NCBI GenBank assembly: GCA_043803945.1
Contig: JAZDJN010000012.1
Span: 1-64,000, forward strand
Direction of reading: 5' to 3'
From: a bacterium
GTDB taxonomy: Bacteria; Bacteroidota; Ignavibacteria; UBA10030
DNA length: 64,000 nt
Shown: positions 1 to 8,790 of the stretch, in pieces
Layout of the letters: every line of letters starts with the position of its first letter
Numbering within the stretch: the first letter of the stretch is position 1
Made by a program: the position numbers and the translations under genes
The notes under the pieces: model-generated
What the model was told of the DNA's origin: nothing
Databases searched by the model: none
What the model saw: only the letters and a program-made list of their open reading frames with translations

Positions 1-31
1 AAAAAGCTGATCTATCTCTGAATCAGCTTTT
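1..31 (-). terminator. Probable intrinsic terminator downstream of the tRNA unit
   Basis: Inverted repeat aaaagctgat...atcagctttt with A/T tracts; lies at the window edge. Confidence 0.5.
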
Positions 32-124
32 CATCCCTCGACGGGCTCGGGATAAATTCCGCATTCGACATTTCCCCACCTACGCACTTTGTGCTCCGGT
101 AGGCAGCCCATTCCCAATTTCTAG

Positions 125-197
125 TACCCCCAACGAGATTCGAACTCGTGTTACAGGCTTGAAAAGCCCGTGTCCTAGGCCTCTAGACGATGGGGGC
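125..197 (-). tRNA. tRNA-Glu(TTC)
   Basis: Reverse complement GCCCCCATCGTCTAGAGGCCTAGGACACGGGCTTTTCAAGCCTGTAACACGAGTTCGAATCTCGTTGGGGGTA folds as a cloverleaf with TTC anticodon and GTTCGAA T-loop; CCA not encoded. Confidence 0.95.
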
Positions 198-202
198 GCG
201 TA

Positions 203-302
203 AATGGGAAAATATGGAAATATGAAAATGCGAAAATATGAGAATATAAAAATGAGAAACTACAGAAATATGAAAATGAAAAAAATGAAATGAGAGAATG
301 AA
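203..302. repeat. Degenerate ~8-bp tandem repeat arm (purine-rich on +)
   Basis: gaaaatat / ggaaatat / gaaaatgc / gagaatat periodicity. Confidence 0.7.
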
Positions 303-326
303 TATACTTAATACGAACGTGGATTT

Positions 327-689
327 TCAGCGGCTTGTTTTCAATTTGTTCCTTCGGGCAGTCAGCTTTGAAGCGATAAAGATCGCGAGTAATTCAGAAG
401 CTTCCCGATGCAACCGATGAAAAAGATCGTTGCCGACGATACCTGATTCTTTGAGAAGCTCCAGCCAATACATGGTTTCGTCGGTCTCCTCTTCGACGAT
501 GCAGATCTTTGAAATGAAATCTGCTCGTGACCGAGCCCGGCAAGCAGCCCTGTAATTGGCCCCGACCGATGTTGCTGAACGAATGATCTGCCTGCAAAGT
601 ACGTCGCTGACCATCCCCCTCGGAACCGTCTCAACGATCCTCAGAATGCTTAACGCAAATCGCTTGGTTCTCTCCTTTAAATCTTCCAA
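327..689 (-). CDS. Four helix bundle protein (23S rRNA IVP-like, TIGR02436 type)
   Basis: DLKERTKRFAL...QIIRSATSVGANYRAACRARSRADF...EETDETMYWLELL. Confidence 0.9.
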   Translation of the reverse strand: MEDLKERTKRFALSILRIVETVPRGMVSDVLCRQIIRSATSVGANYRAACRARSRADFISKICIVEEETDETMYWLELLKESGIVGNDLFHRLHREASELLAIFIASKLTARRNKLKTSR

Positions 690-719
690 AGAACATACCT
701 CCCCAGGTAAATTTCTAGA

Positions 720-811
720 TTACCTAATTCTCAAATTCCTACATTCTCAACTTCCCTAACTCCACACTCTTACATTCCCAACTTCCCACATTTACTCATT
801 TCCACATTTTC
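720..811. repeat. Degenerate ~8-bp tandem repeat arm (pyrimidine-rich on +), inverted relative to 203-302
   Basis: attctcaa / attcctac / attcccaa / cttcccac periodicity. Confidence 0.7.
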
Positions 812-812
812 G

Positions 813-887
813 GGTGCCCAATGGGACTCGAACCCACGGCCTCCAGGGCCACAACCTGGCGTTCTAACCGACTGAACTATGGGCACC
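813..887 (-). tRNA. tRNA-His(GTG) with genomic G-1
   Basis: Reverse complement GGTGCCCATAGTTCAGTCGGTTAGAACGCCAGGTTGTGGCCCTGGAGGCCGTGGGTTCGAGTCCCATTGGGCACC; G-1:C73 pair. Confidence 0.95.
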
Positions 888-1194
888 GTATAAAATCAAG
901 GTCATGATAGATCCCGACAAACAACGTCGGGATTCTCAATTTGACGGATAAGTTAGCTTCACTCCGTTCGCTAACTTATGTCACATTGGAACTATGGGCA
1001 CCGTATTACGGCGTTTCCGCCTTCACTTCCTCACCGGTGATCCAATTCATAAAACGTTTCGGCGGATTCTCAATTTGACTGTTGAGTTAGCTGCGCTGCG
1101 CTTGCTAACTCAAGTCAAATCGGAACTAACCGACTGAACTATGGGCACCGTGTAAAATCAAGGTCATGATAGATCCCGACAAACAACGTCGGGA
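864..1194. repeat. Direct repeats of the tRNA-His 5' end plus leader, interleaved with palindromic units
   Basis: 864-932 matches 1126-1194 with one mismatch; 929-994 resembles 1064-1128; short third copy aactatgggcaccgta near 990-1005. Confidence 0.85.
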
Positions 1195-1273
1195 GGCACC
1201 GTTTGACCTTTTCGGGCCCGGTAAGCCCTTACTATAGAGAAGAAAAGCCTGTTTCACCAGGCTTTCAACGGGC

Positions 1274-1305
1274 ACAAAAATAGTAAATCTTGCCCCGAAA
1301 GGCAA
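1274..1305 (-). promoter_or_regulatory. Putative promoter of the tRNA unit
   Basis: Minus strand TTGCCT-17 nt-TATTTTTG (TAnnTTTG-like). Confidence 0.45.
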
Positions 1306-1601
1306 GCCGATTTTTCCTCCACACCCCACTTCAAAATCATTCATTTTCTTACATAATCATTCTTTTCTCACCGTTGCGACGGATCATCACTCAATCCAAT
1401 CCACTTTCCACAACACTCCAGCCACCCCGCTGTTTCCATTATTAATTTCGACAGAACACTTCAATCTATTCTTCTCTCTATATTACTATACGTGGCATAA
1501 AACTTGAACATATTCTCTGGCAGGTTACGCTGCCCCTGAAAACGACGACAACACTTAACTCATTCCATGTTTATTGCAGCTTCGGTTGGAGGATTTTATC
1601 A

Positions 1602-2516
1602 ATGAAAAAAGATTTCCTAACCGTCCGGGATCTCACACAACAGGAGATTCTCGATACATTCAAACTTGCCGGAGAGATGAAGGCTCATCCCGCTCAATAC
1701 AGCGATGCCTTGAAGGGAAAAACTCTCGCTCTGATCTTTGAGAAACCTTCACTCCGCACCCGTGTGACATTCGACGTGGGCATTCAGCAGCTCGGCGGAT
1801 TCTCCGTTACGCTACTCCCTAACGAAATCAGCCTCGGCAAACGCGAGTCGATTCACGATGTGGCAAAGAACCTTGAACGCATGGTTCAGGGAATTATGAT
1901 CCGCACCTTTGCCCACCAGGTGGTGATCGATATGGCAAAGCATGCCTCTGTTCCGATCATCAACGCATTAACCGATTATTCGCACCCCTGCCAGGCAATA
2001 GCCGATTACATGACAATCCAGGAAGTCAAGGGCAAGCTGCAAGGGCTGAAGCTCTGTTATGTGGGAGATGGCAATAATGTTGCACACTCATTGATGTTTG
2101 CCGGCGCACGTCTTGGTGTCAGTGTCACAGTATCATGCCCGAATGGATTCGAACCGAACGCCATTGCATTCCAGCAAGCGACGGAGGATGCAAAAGCGAC
2201 AGGAGCAAAAATCGAGATTACACACAATCCTGCAGAGGGCGTGAAGAACGCCGATGTCATTTACACCGATGTGTGGGCATCGATGGGTCAGGAGACTGAA
2301 GCCGAAAAGCGCAAAGCGATCTTTAAACCGTTCCAGGTCAACACAGATCTCATGGCAAAAGCAAATCCCGGTGCAATCTTTATGCATTGCCTCCCGGCAC
2401 ACCGCGGCGACGAGGTGACGGACGAGGTGATCGATTCTCCGTCTTCGGTTGTCTTCCAGGAAGCAGAGAACCGTTTACATGCGCAAAAAGCAATTATGTA
2501 TAGCTTGATGAAGTAA
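1602..2516 (+). CDS. argF: Ornithine carbamoyltransferase
   Basis: FEKPSLRTR, HPCQ, DVWASMG and MHCLP motifs; GGAGG RBS. Confidence 0.95.
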   Translation: MKKDFLTVRDLTQQEILDTFKLAGEMKAHPAQYSDALKGKTLALIFEKPSLRTRVTFDVGIQQLGGFSVTLLPNEISLGKRESIHDVAKNLERMVQGIMIRTFAHQVVIDMAKHASVPIINALTDYSHPCQAIADYMTIQEVKGKLQGLKLCYVGDGNNVAHSLMFAGARLGVSVTVSCPNGFEPNAIAFQQATEDAKATGAKIEITHNPAEGVKNADVIYTDVWASMGQETEAEKRKAIFKPFQVNTDLMAKANPGAIFMHCLPAHRGDEVTDEVIDSPSSVVFQEAENRLHAQKAIMYSLMK

Positions 2517-3469
2517 TGGTGAGGCCGGTGTCAAAAACAGCCCTGATAGCAATCGGCGGTAATTCCCTTATCCGTGCAGGAGAACGGGGAGCGATTGATG
2601 AACAACTTGCCAATGCACAGGCAACAGCAAAAGCGCTTGTGCAGATGGTGAAGGATGGCTGGCACATTGTGGTGACCCACGGCAACGGTCCGCAAGTTGG
2701 TGCTGCACTCCTGCGTTCGGAGCGGGCAGCCGGTGAAGTCTATACTCATCCTCTCGATGTCTGTGTCGCTACGACGCAAACCGAGATCGGGTATTTGCTC
2801 GAACGGGGATTGTATTACGAACTGCGCATTGCCGGACTCACAACACCGGTCATTACCATACTTACACAGGTGCGTGTCGATCAAAACGATCCGGCATTTT
2901 TGAATCCAGAAAAACCGATCGGCCCATTCTACTCCGAGAAGATCGCAGAAGAGAAACATGCGCAGTTCGGCTGGCAGTTAAAGGAAGATGCCTCCCGAGG
3001 ATACCGGCGTGTAGTGCCTTCGCCGGAACCGCTGGATATAATAGAGGGTGATACAATCCACACATTGCTCGATCAGGGATTTATCGTTATCGCTCTGGGC
3101 GGCGGCGGAATCCCCGTCGAAGTGCGGGAAGATCACTCTATTATAGGGGTCGAAGCTGTGATCGACAAGGATAGAGCTTCCGCTCTGCTTGCATCACGTC
3201 TCGGTGTCGATACCTTTATCATCAGCACCGATGCCGACCAGGTCTATCTCGATTACAAAAAGCCGACTCAACGGGGACTCAGCACTGTCACTGTTGATGA
3301 GCTGCAGCGCCATTATGATGCCGGACAATTTCCTCCGGGAAGCATGGGGCCCAAGATTCAATCTGCGCTCCGGTTTCTGAGGAATGGCGGTTCAAACGTT
3401 ATCATTACCACATTTACCCTGCTGCCCGAAGCACTTAAAGGAAATGCAGGAACACACATTGTACGTTGA
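2516..3469 (+). CDS. arcC: Carbamate kinase
   Basis: AIGGNSL, THGNGPQVG, RRVVPSPEP, VIDKD, GSMGPK. Confidence 0.95.
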   Translation: MVRPVSKTALIAIGGNSLIRAGERGAIDEQLANAQATAKALVQMVKDGWHIVVTHGNGPQVGAALLRSERAAGEVYTHPLDVCVATTQTEIGYLLERGLYYELRIAGLTTPVITILTQVRVDQNDPAFLNPEKPIGPFYSEKIAEEKHAQFGWQLKEDASRGYRRVVPSPEPLDIIEGDTIHTLLDQGFIVIALGGGGIPVEVREDHSIIGVEAVIDKDRASALLASRLGVDTFIISTDADQVYLDYKKPTQRGLSTVTVDELQRHYDAGQFPPGSMGPKIQSALRFLRNGGSNVIITTFTLLPEALKGNAGTHIVR

Positions 3470-3483
3470 AGTGGAGTAACGCC

Positions 3484-4401
3484 ATGAAACTACAACACAT
3501 TATCCAATCACAACAATTCACTGTTCCCATGTTGATGGAGCTGTTCACCCGAACCCTCGAGATGAAACGGATTGCCGACCGCGGCGGTACGCGTGACTAC
3601 GATAATAAAATCATGGCAACACTCTTCTATAAACCATCGACGCGGACACGCTTCTCGTTCGAGGCAGCAATGCACCGTCTTGGCGGCAGCGTCCTTACAA
3701 CGGAATCGGCAAAGGAATTTTCTTCCGTCATTGACGGTGAGCATCTCGAAGATACGATCCGCATTATGGGCGACCTCGCCGATGTCATTGTCGTCCGGCA
3801 TAATGAAGAAGGCGGTGCCCAGCGAGCTGCTGCAGTTTCGAAGGTCCCGATTATCAATGCCGGTGATGGCGGAGGCGGCCAGCATCCTACACAGGCATTA
3901 CTCGACCTTTATACCATCTACAACGAATGTAAAACGCTCAACGGCCTCTCCGTTGCGTTGATCGGCGCTCTTGATACCGGAAGGACTGCCCGTTCCCTTG
4001 CATACCTTCTGAGTAAATTTGAACGGATTAAACTCTATTTTATTGCTCCTCCGGAAATGCAAATCAAGTCGGATATTGTGCAGCATCTTCAAGAGCACAA
4101 CATCTGGTACCAACTCACGTCGAACCTCGAAGAGGTACTGCCATCGGTAGATGTGGTGTACCAAACGCGCATCGACCGGGATCGCCTGCAGCGAAGCGAC
4201 ATCAGCCTCTCACAGTACAAGATCAATAATGATGTGCTGAGAAAAATGAAGATGAATTCGATCATCCTTCACCCTTTGCCGCGTTCAGTGGAAATCGATC
4301 CTTCGGTCGATCTCGACCCGAGAGCTGCGTATTTCCGGCAAACCCGAAATGGATTATATGTCCGCATGGCGTTGCTAACCATGCTGTTTGATCGAGAGTG
4401 A
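3484..4401 (+). CDS. pyrB: Aspartate carbamoyltransferase-like protein (atypical active site)
   Basis: PSTRTR, VVRH, INAGDG, HPTQALLD, HPLPR; ATG at 3484 after GGAG RBS. Confidence 0.75.
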   Translation: MKLQHIIQSQQFTVPMLMELFTRTLEMKRIADRGGTRDYDNKIMATLFYKPSTRTRFSFEAAMHRLGGSVLTTESAKEFSSVIDGEHLEDTIRIMGDLADVIVVRHNEEGGAQRAAAVSKVPIINAGDGGGGQHPTQALLDLYTIYNECKTLNGLSVALIGALDTGRTARSLAYLLSKFERIKLYFIAPPEMQIKSDIVQHLQEHNIWYQLTSNLEEVLPSVDVVYQTRIDRDRLQRSDISLSQYKINNDVLRKMKMNSIILHPLPRSVEIDPSVDLDPRAAYFRQTRNGLYVRMALLTMLFDRE

Positions 4402-4537
4402 TCACTCAATATATTAACCACCGATGACAAATGGAGTATCACAGATATTTTGATTTTTACATTGTCATTTTCACTTTTTCAATTTGATATTTGAATTACT
4501 AATCAGCTTAGAATTTTATCACTCACCTACGAAAAGT

Positions 4538-5737
4538 ATGAACACTCAAGACTACATTACACTTGAAGAACAATACGGTGCTCACAACTATCATCCTCTC
4601 GATATTGTCATCCAGCGTGCCGAGGGTGTTTGGGTGACCGACGCCGAAGGAAAACGTTACCTCGATTGCCTTGCCGCATACTCAGCCGTGAATCAGGGAC
4701 ATTGCCATCCCAGAATCCTGAAGGCGTTTATCGAACAGGCTGCAAAAGTGACATTAACCAGCCGTGCATTTCGGAACGACCAGCTGCCGCTCCTCTACAA
4801 GCAACTGCACGATCTCACAGGATTTGAGATGTCGCTGCCGATGAACTCCGGAGCAGAAGCTGTGGAGACCGCAGTGAAAGCGGCGCGCAAATGGGCATAC
4901 ACCGTCAAAGGCATTCCCGAAGGCAAGGCAGAAATTATCTGTGCCGAAGGAAATTTTCATGGCAGAACGACAACAGTTGTCAGTTTCTCAACGGAACCGC
5001 AATATCGCGACGGCTTCGGTCCATTCACTCCAGGCTTTCCCATTGTGAAGTATAGCGATATCGACGACCTGCGATCAAAGATTACCCCCAACACAGCGGC
5101 ATTCCTTGTCGAACCAATCCAGGGCGAGGCGGGAATTGTCGTTCCTCCCGAAGGCTATTTAACACAGGCTGCCGAGTTATGCAAGCAGCATAACGTGCTT
5201 CTGATTGTCGACGAGATTCAGTCCGGACTCGGGCGCAGTGGCAAACTCTTCGCGTATCAGTATGACAACATTCAGCCCGATATGGTAATCATCGGAAAGG
5301 CGCTCGGCGGCGGATTCTATCCGGTCTCTGCTGTGCTCTCACGGAAAGAGATTCTCGGCGTGTTTCATCCGGGCGATCATGGTTCAACGTTTGGCGGAAA
5401 TCCTCTCGCAGCCGCAACAGCATGTGCTGCGTTGACCGTTCTTGTGGAAGAAAACCTGATTCAACGATCATTCGATCTTGGAAAATACTTCATGGAGCAA
5501 CTGAAGACGATCAAGAGTCTGCACATTGTGCAGGTGCGGGGGAAAGGTCTCTGGATCGGGCTGGTGCTAGACTGTGCAGCCAGGCCTTATTGCGAGGCAT
5601 TGAAGGAGCAGGGAATACTCTGCAAGGAAACACATGAGCGGGTGATTCGCATTGCACCGCCGCTCGTTATTACGAAAGAAGAAATTGATTGGGCGTGTGA
5701 ACGCTTCAAGATCGTACTGACTTCATCTATCAGTTAG
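4538..5737 (+). CDS. rocD: Ornithine--oxo-acid aminotransferase
   Basis: YGAHNYHPL, AYSAVNQGH, MNSGAEAVETA, DEIQSGLGRSG, GKALGGG, HGSTFGGNP. Confidence 0.93.
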   Translation: MNTQDYITLEEQYGAHNYHPLDIVIQRAEGVWVTDAEGKRYLDCLAAYSAVNQGHCHPRILKAFIEQAAKVTLTSRAFRNDQLPLLYKQLHDLTGFEMSLPMNSGAEAVETAVKAARKWAYTVKGIPEGKAEIICAEGNFHGRTTTVVSFSTEPQYRDGFGPFTPGFPIVKYSDIDDLRSKITPNTAAFLVEPIQGEAGIVVPPEGYLTQAAELCKQHNVLLIVDEIQSGLGRSGKLFAYQYDNIQPDMVIIGKALGGGFYPVSAVLSRKEILGVFHPGDHGSTFGGNPLAAATACAALTVLVEENLIQRSFDLGKYFMEQLKTIKSLHIVQVRGKGLWIGLVLDCAARPYCEALKEQGILCKETHERVIRIAPPLVITKEEIDWACERFKIVLTSSIS

Positions 5738-5745
5738 AAAGAAGA

Positions 5746-5826
5746 ACCACAAAGGACACGAAGGGCACGGAGGTTATTATTGAGAATTTTAAGACAGCTT
5801 CTTTGTGTCCTTCGTGAACTTCGTGG
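5746..5826. repeat. Imperfect hairpin of two 9-bp-period arms with no gene between them
   Basis: accacaaaggacacgaagggcacggag ... ctttgtgtccttcgtgaacttcgtgg. Confidence 0.75.
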
Positions 5827-5894
5827 ATAAATTATTAGACATTATGTATTAACTGGATCTCAAGATTATCCACACAAGGAGAAGGACCTATCGT

Positions 5895-7226
5895 ATGGTA
5901 AAAGAAAACCGTATCAATACACTCATCGTCGGGGCAGCCGGACGCGACTTTCATAATTTTAACGTGATTTACCGTGATAACGAATTGTATAACGTCGTTG
6001 CCTTTACGGCTGCGCAGATTCCGAACATCGCCGGACGAAAATATCCAGCCGCTCTTGCCGGAAAACTCTATCCCAGAGGAATCCCCATTTTCGAGGAGAA
6101 AGATCTCGAACAGATCATACAGAAATATGAAATCGAGGAGGTGGTCTTCTCGTACAGCGATGTGACGAACAACCACGTGATGAGTATTGGAGCAAGGGCC
6201 TCTGCAGCGGGTGCGCACTTCAAGATCATCAGTGCCAAACAGACCATGCTGAAAAGCACCAAGCCGGTCATTTCCGTGTGTGCTGTCCGTACCGGAAGCG
6301 GCAAGAGCCAGACTTCAAGGAAGATCTCACGCCTGTTGCACGAAGCGGGGTACAAGGTTGCCGCAATCCGCCACCCGATGCCCTATGGAGACCTTGAGAA
6401 GCAGGCAGTTCAGCGCTTTGCCACCATCGAAGATATGCAGAAACACAAATGCACTATTGAAGAGATGGAAGAATACGAACCCCATATTGAAAACGGTACG
6501 ATCGTTTATGCCGGAGTGGATTACGAAGCAATTCTTCGCAAGGCAGAGCAGGAAGTGGATATCATTCTCTGGGATGGCGGCAATAACGATACGCCATTCT
6601 ATGCTCCGAATCTTGCCATTGTGGTTGCCGATCCGCTGCGTGTCGGGAATGAGCTGACCTATTTCCCGAGCGAAACGAATCTTCGACTTGCCGACGTTGT
6701 CATTATCAACAAAATCGATTCCGCTTCCCCGGAGGCAATCCATTCCCTTCGCGGAAATATTCGCCGGATCAACCCGAAAGCTAAAATTGTCGATGCGGCA
6801 TCGCCCATTTATGCCGAACAGAGCGAGTTGATTGCCGGCAAAAAAGTTCTCATTATTGAGGACGGACCCACACTGACGCACGGTGAAATGAAGTTCGGTG
6901 CCGGCACGGTCGCTGCTTTAAAGTTCGGTGCAGCAGAGCTTATCGATCCACGACCGTGGTGCACAGGCGAGATCAAGAAAACATTTGAGACCTATCCCAA
7001 CATAGGAGTTCTGCTCCCGGCCATGGGATACAGTCCGAAGCAGGTAAAGGATCTCGAGGTCACCATCAATAAAGTACCGTGCGATGTGGTGATCATTGGT
7101 ACACCGATCAATCTCAAACGGATCGTGAAGATGAAGAAAACAGCTCTTCGTGTCTATTATGAATTGGAAGAGATTGGTGAGCCGAATCTCCGAACGATTC
7201 TCGCGGAATTTAAGAAGACCATCTAA
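5895..7226 (+). CDS. COG2403 / cDPG-synthetase-like P-loop protein; candidate arginine synthetase (ArcE type)
   Basis: GAAGRDFHNFN, VAFTAAQIP, AVRTGSGKSQ, RHPMPYG, WDGGNND, EDGPTLTHG; located in an OTC/CK operon. Confidence 0.8.
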   Translation: MVKENRINTLIVGAAGRDFHNFNVIYRDNELYNVVAFTAAQIPNIAGRKYPAALAGKLYPRGIPIFEEKDLEQIIQKYEIEEVVFSYSDVTNNHVMSIGARASAAGAHFKIISAKQTMLKSTKPVISVCAVRTGSGKSQTSRKISRLLHEAGYKVAAIRHPMPYGDLEKQAVQRFATIEDMQKHKCTIEEMEEYEPHIENGTIVYAGVDYEAILRKAEQEVDIILWDGGNNDTPFYAPNLAIVVADPLRVGNELTYFPSETNLRLADVVIINKIDSASPEAIHSLRGNIRRINPKAKIVDAASPIYAEQSELIAGKKVLIIEDGPTLTHGEMKFGAGTVAALKFGAAELIDPRPWCTGEIKKTFETYPNIGVLLPAMGYSPKQVKDLEVTINKVPCDVVIIGTPINLKRIVKMKKTALRVYYELEEIGEPNLRTILAEFKKTI

Positions 7227-7250
7227 CATTCAACACTTGAGGTATCGGCC

Positions 7251-8573
7251 ATGGCAAAGAAACCAACACAAAAAAAACGCGCAGCATCGCCCTATGCCCC
7301 CGAGACTCGATTGATCTGGGGAAAGTCGTTCACACCGAAATGGGATTACAGCCATCACGTTGTGCCGCCGATATCCTCGTCGTCCACATTTCGGATGTCT
7401 TCCACCAGGCGCGGGGCGAAGGGATTCGTTGAGTTTGCCCATCATGTCGGTGACTTTGTCGTGAAATCGAAAGCACCGATTTATATTTACGACCGGCTGG
7501 GCGAACCCAACAAGGATTTACTGGAAGAGAATCTTGCTGTTGCCGAGCAGGGTGATATTGCCGTGACATTTTCAACGGGTATGGCGGCCGTTTCGGCATT
7601 GTGCGGAATTCTTCTGGGAAGCGGGAGCGAGGTGGTTGCTCATAACATGTTGTATGGATGCACCTACTCGCTGCTGACCAACTGGCTTCCCCGTTACCAG
7701 ATTAAAACGAACTTTGTCGACTTCAACGATCCTGCGGCACTCGAACGCGCCATTACACCACAAACCAGGCTTCTTTATTTCGAGTCTCCAGTAAATCCAA
7801 CGATGGTTCTTATCGATTTGAAGAAGATTGTTCAAATTGCACTGAAACATAATGCCCGGCGTTCCGAACAGCATCATATCTACACCGCTATCGACAACAC
7901 CTTCTCGTCGCCATTCTGTCAGCGTCCGTTGACATTCGGCATCGATTTTGTCGTTGCATCATTAACCAAAGGCCTCTGCGGCTTTGGTACCGACATGGGC
8001 GGCGTTGTTGTTGGGCCTGGATGGAGTTACGATCGACTGTTGATGTACCGAAAAGATTTTGGCGGGGTGTTGAGTGCGAAAAGCGCCTGGCCGATTCTTG
8101 TCTATGGCGTGCCTTCGCTCGCAAACAGATTTCGCCAACAGATTGCCTCGGCTCAGCGCGTGGCAGAGTACCTTGAAAATGACAAGCGCATTGCTCAGGT
8201 CAATTATCCGGGCCTCGATTCATTCCCGCAGCGGTCAATTGCCCGGGCGCAGATGCTCGACTTCGACGGTAAATTTGCACCCGGTGTGTTGCTGTATTTC
8301 ATTCCTAAGGGCAAGACTCCAGAAGAGCGGCACCGGAAATCTCAGCGACTGGTCGATTACATCGCAAAACATTCCTACACAATGACGCTTGCTGTCAGCC
8401 TAGGGAATATTAGAACATTGATCGAACATCCGGGATCGATGACGCACTCTGCCATTCCTCCGAGAGAGCAGTTGAAAGGCGGTATGGATCCGGGCGGCAT
8501 TCGGTTGTCCGTTGGATTGGAGCGGCCTGAGGATATTATTCGTGATTTGAAGAAAGCGCTGGAACAGATTTGA
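7251..8573 (+). CDS. PLP-dependent trans-sulfuration enzyme, methionine gamma-lyase-like
   Basis: YDRLGEP, STGMAA, LYGCT, ESPVNP, DNTF, SLTK (PLP Lys), AVSLG, IRLSVGLE. Confidence 0.85.
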   Translation: MAKKPTQKKRAASPYAPETRLIWGKSFTPKWDYSHHVVPPISSSSTFRMSSTRRGAKGFVEFAHHVGDFVVKSKAPIYIYDRLGEPNKDLLEENLAVAEQGDIAVTFSTGMAAVSALCGILLGSGSEVVAHNMLYGCTYSLLTNWLPRYQIKTNFVDFNDPAALERAITPQTRLLYFESPVNPTMVLIDLKKIVQIALKHNARRSEQHHIYTAIDNTFSSPFCQRPLTFGIDFVVASLTKGLCGFGTDMGGVVVGPGWSYDRLLMYRKDFGGVLSAKSAWPILVYGVPSLANRFRQQIASAQRVAEYLENDKRIAQVNYPGLDSFPQRSIARAQMLDFDGKFAPGVLLYFIPKGKTPEERHRKSQRLVDYIAKHSYTMTLAVSLGNIRTLIEHPGSMTHSAIPPREQLKGGMDPGGIRLSVGLERPEDIIRDLKKALEQI

Positions 8574-8612
8574 CCACTGATTGCACTGATTACACTGATT
8601 GGTGGAAAGCAC

Positions 8613-8645
8613 AGCCGCTTTGTGGAATGACAAAGCGGCTTTTTT
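8613..8645 (+). terminator. Intrinsic terminator of the arg/orn operon
   Basis: agccgctttg...caaagcggct followed by a T tract. Confidence 0.8.
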
Positions 8646-8790
8646 ATGAATAGAGTCAGAAGTGGCAAGCGGCAACAGGTAAATGCACTCCCGGGCTGAT
8701 GGAAGAATACCAATACAGGGTGATTTTCAATTTGGATCTGTCACGTCACATTTTACATTTTGCATTTTTACTTTTTCATTATCTTTACTC

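Noticed and set aside
327-689. DGR accessory protein Avd
   Set aside because: Related fold, but no reverse transcriptase or TR/VR pair seen in the window
864-1194. attL/attR of an integrated element, or a second tRNA-His
   Set aside because: Only the 5' ~24 nt are copied, the interval is about 260 bp and there is no integrase
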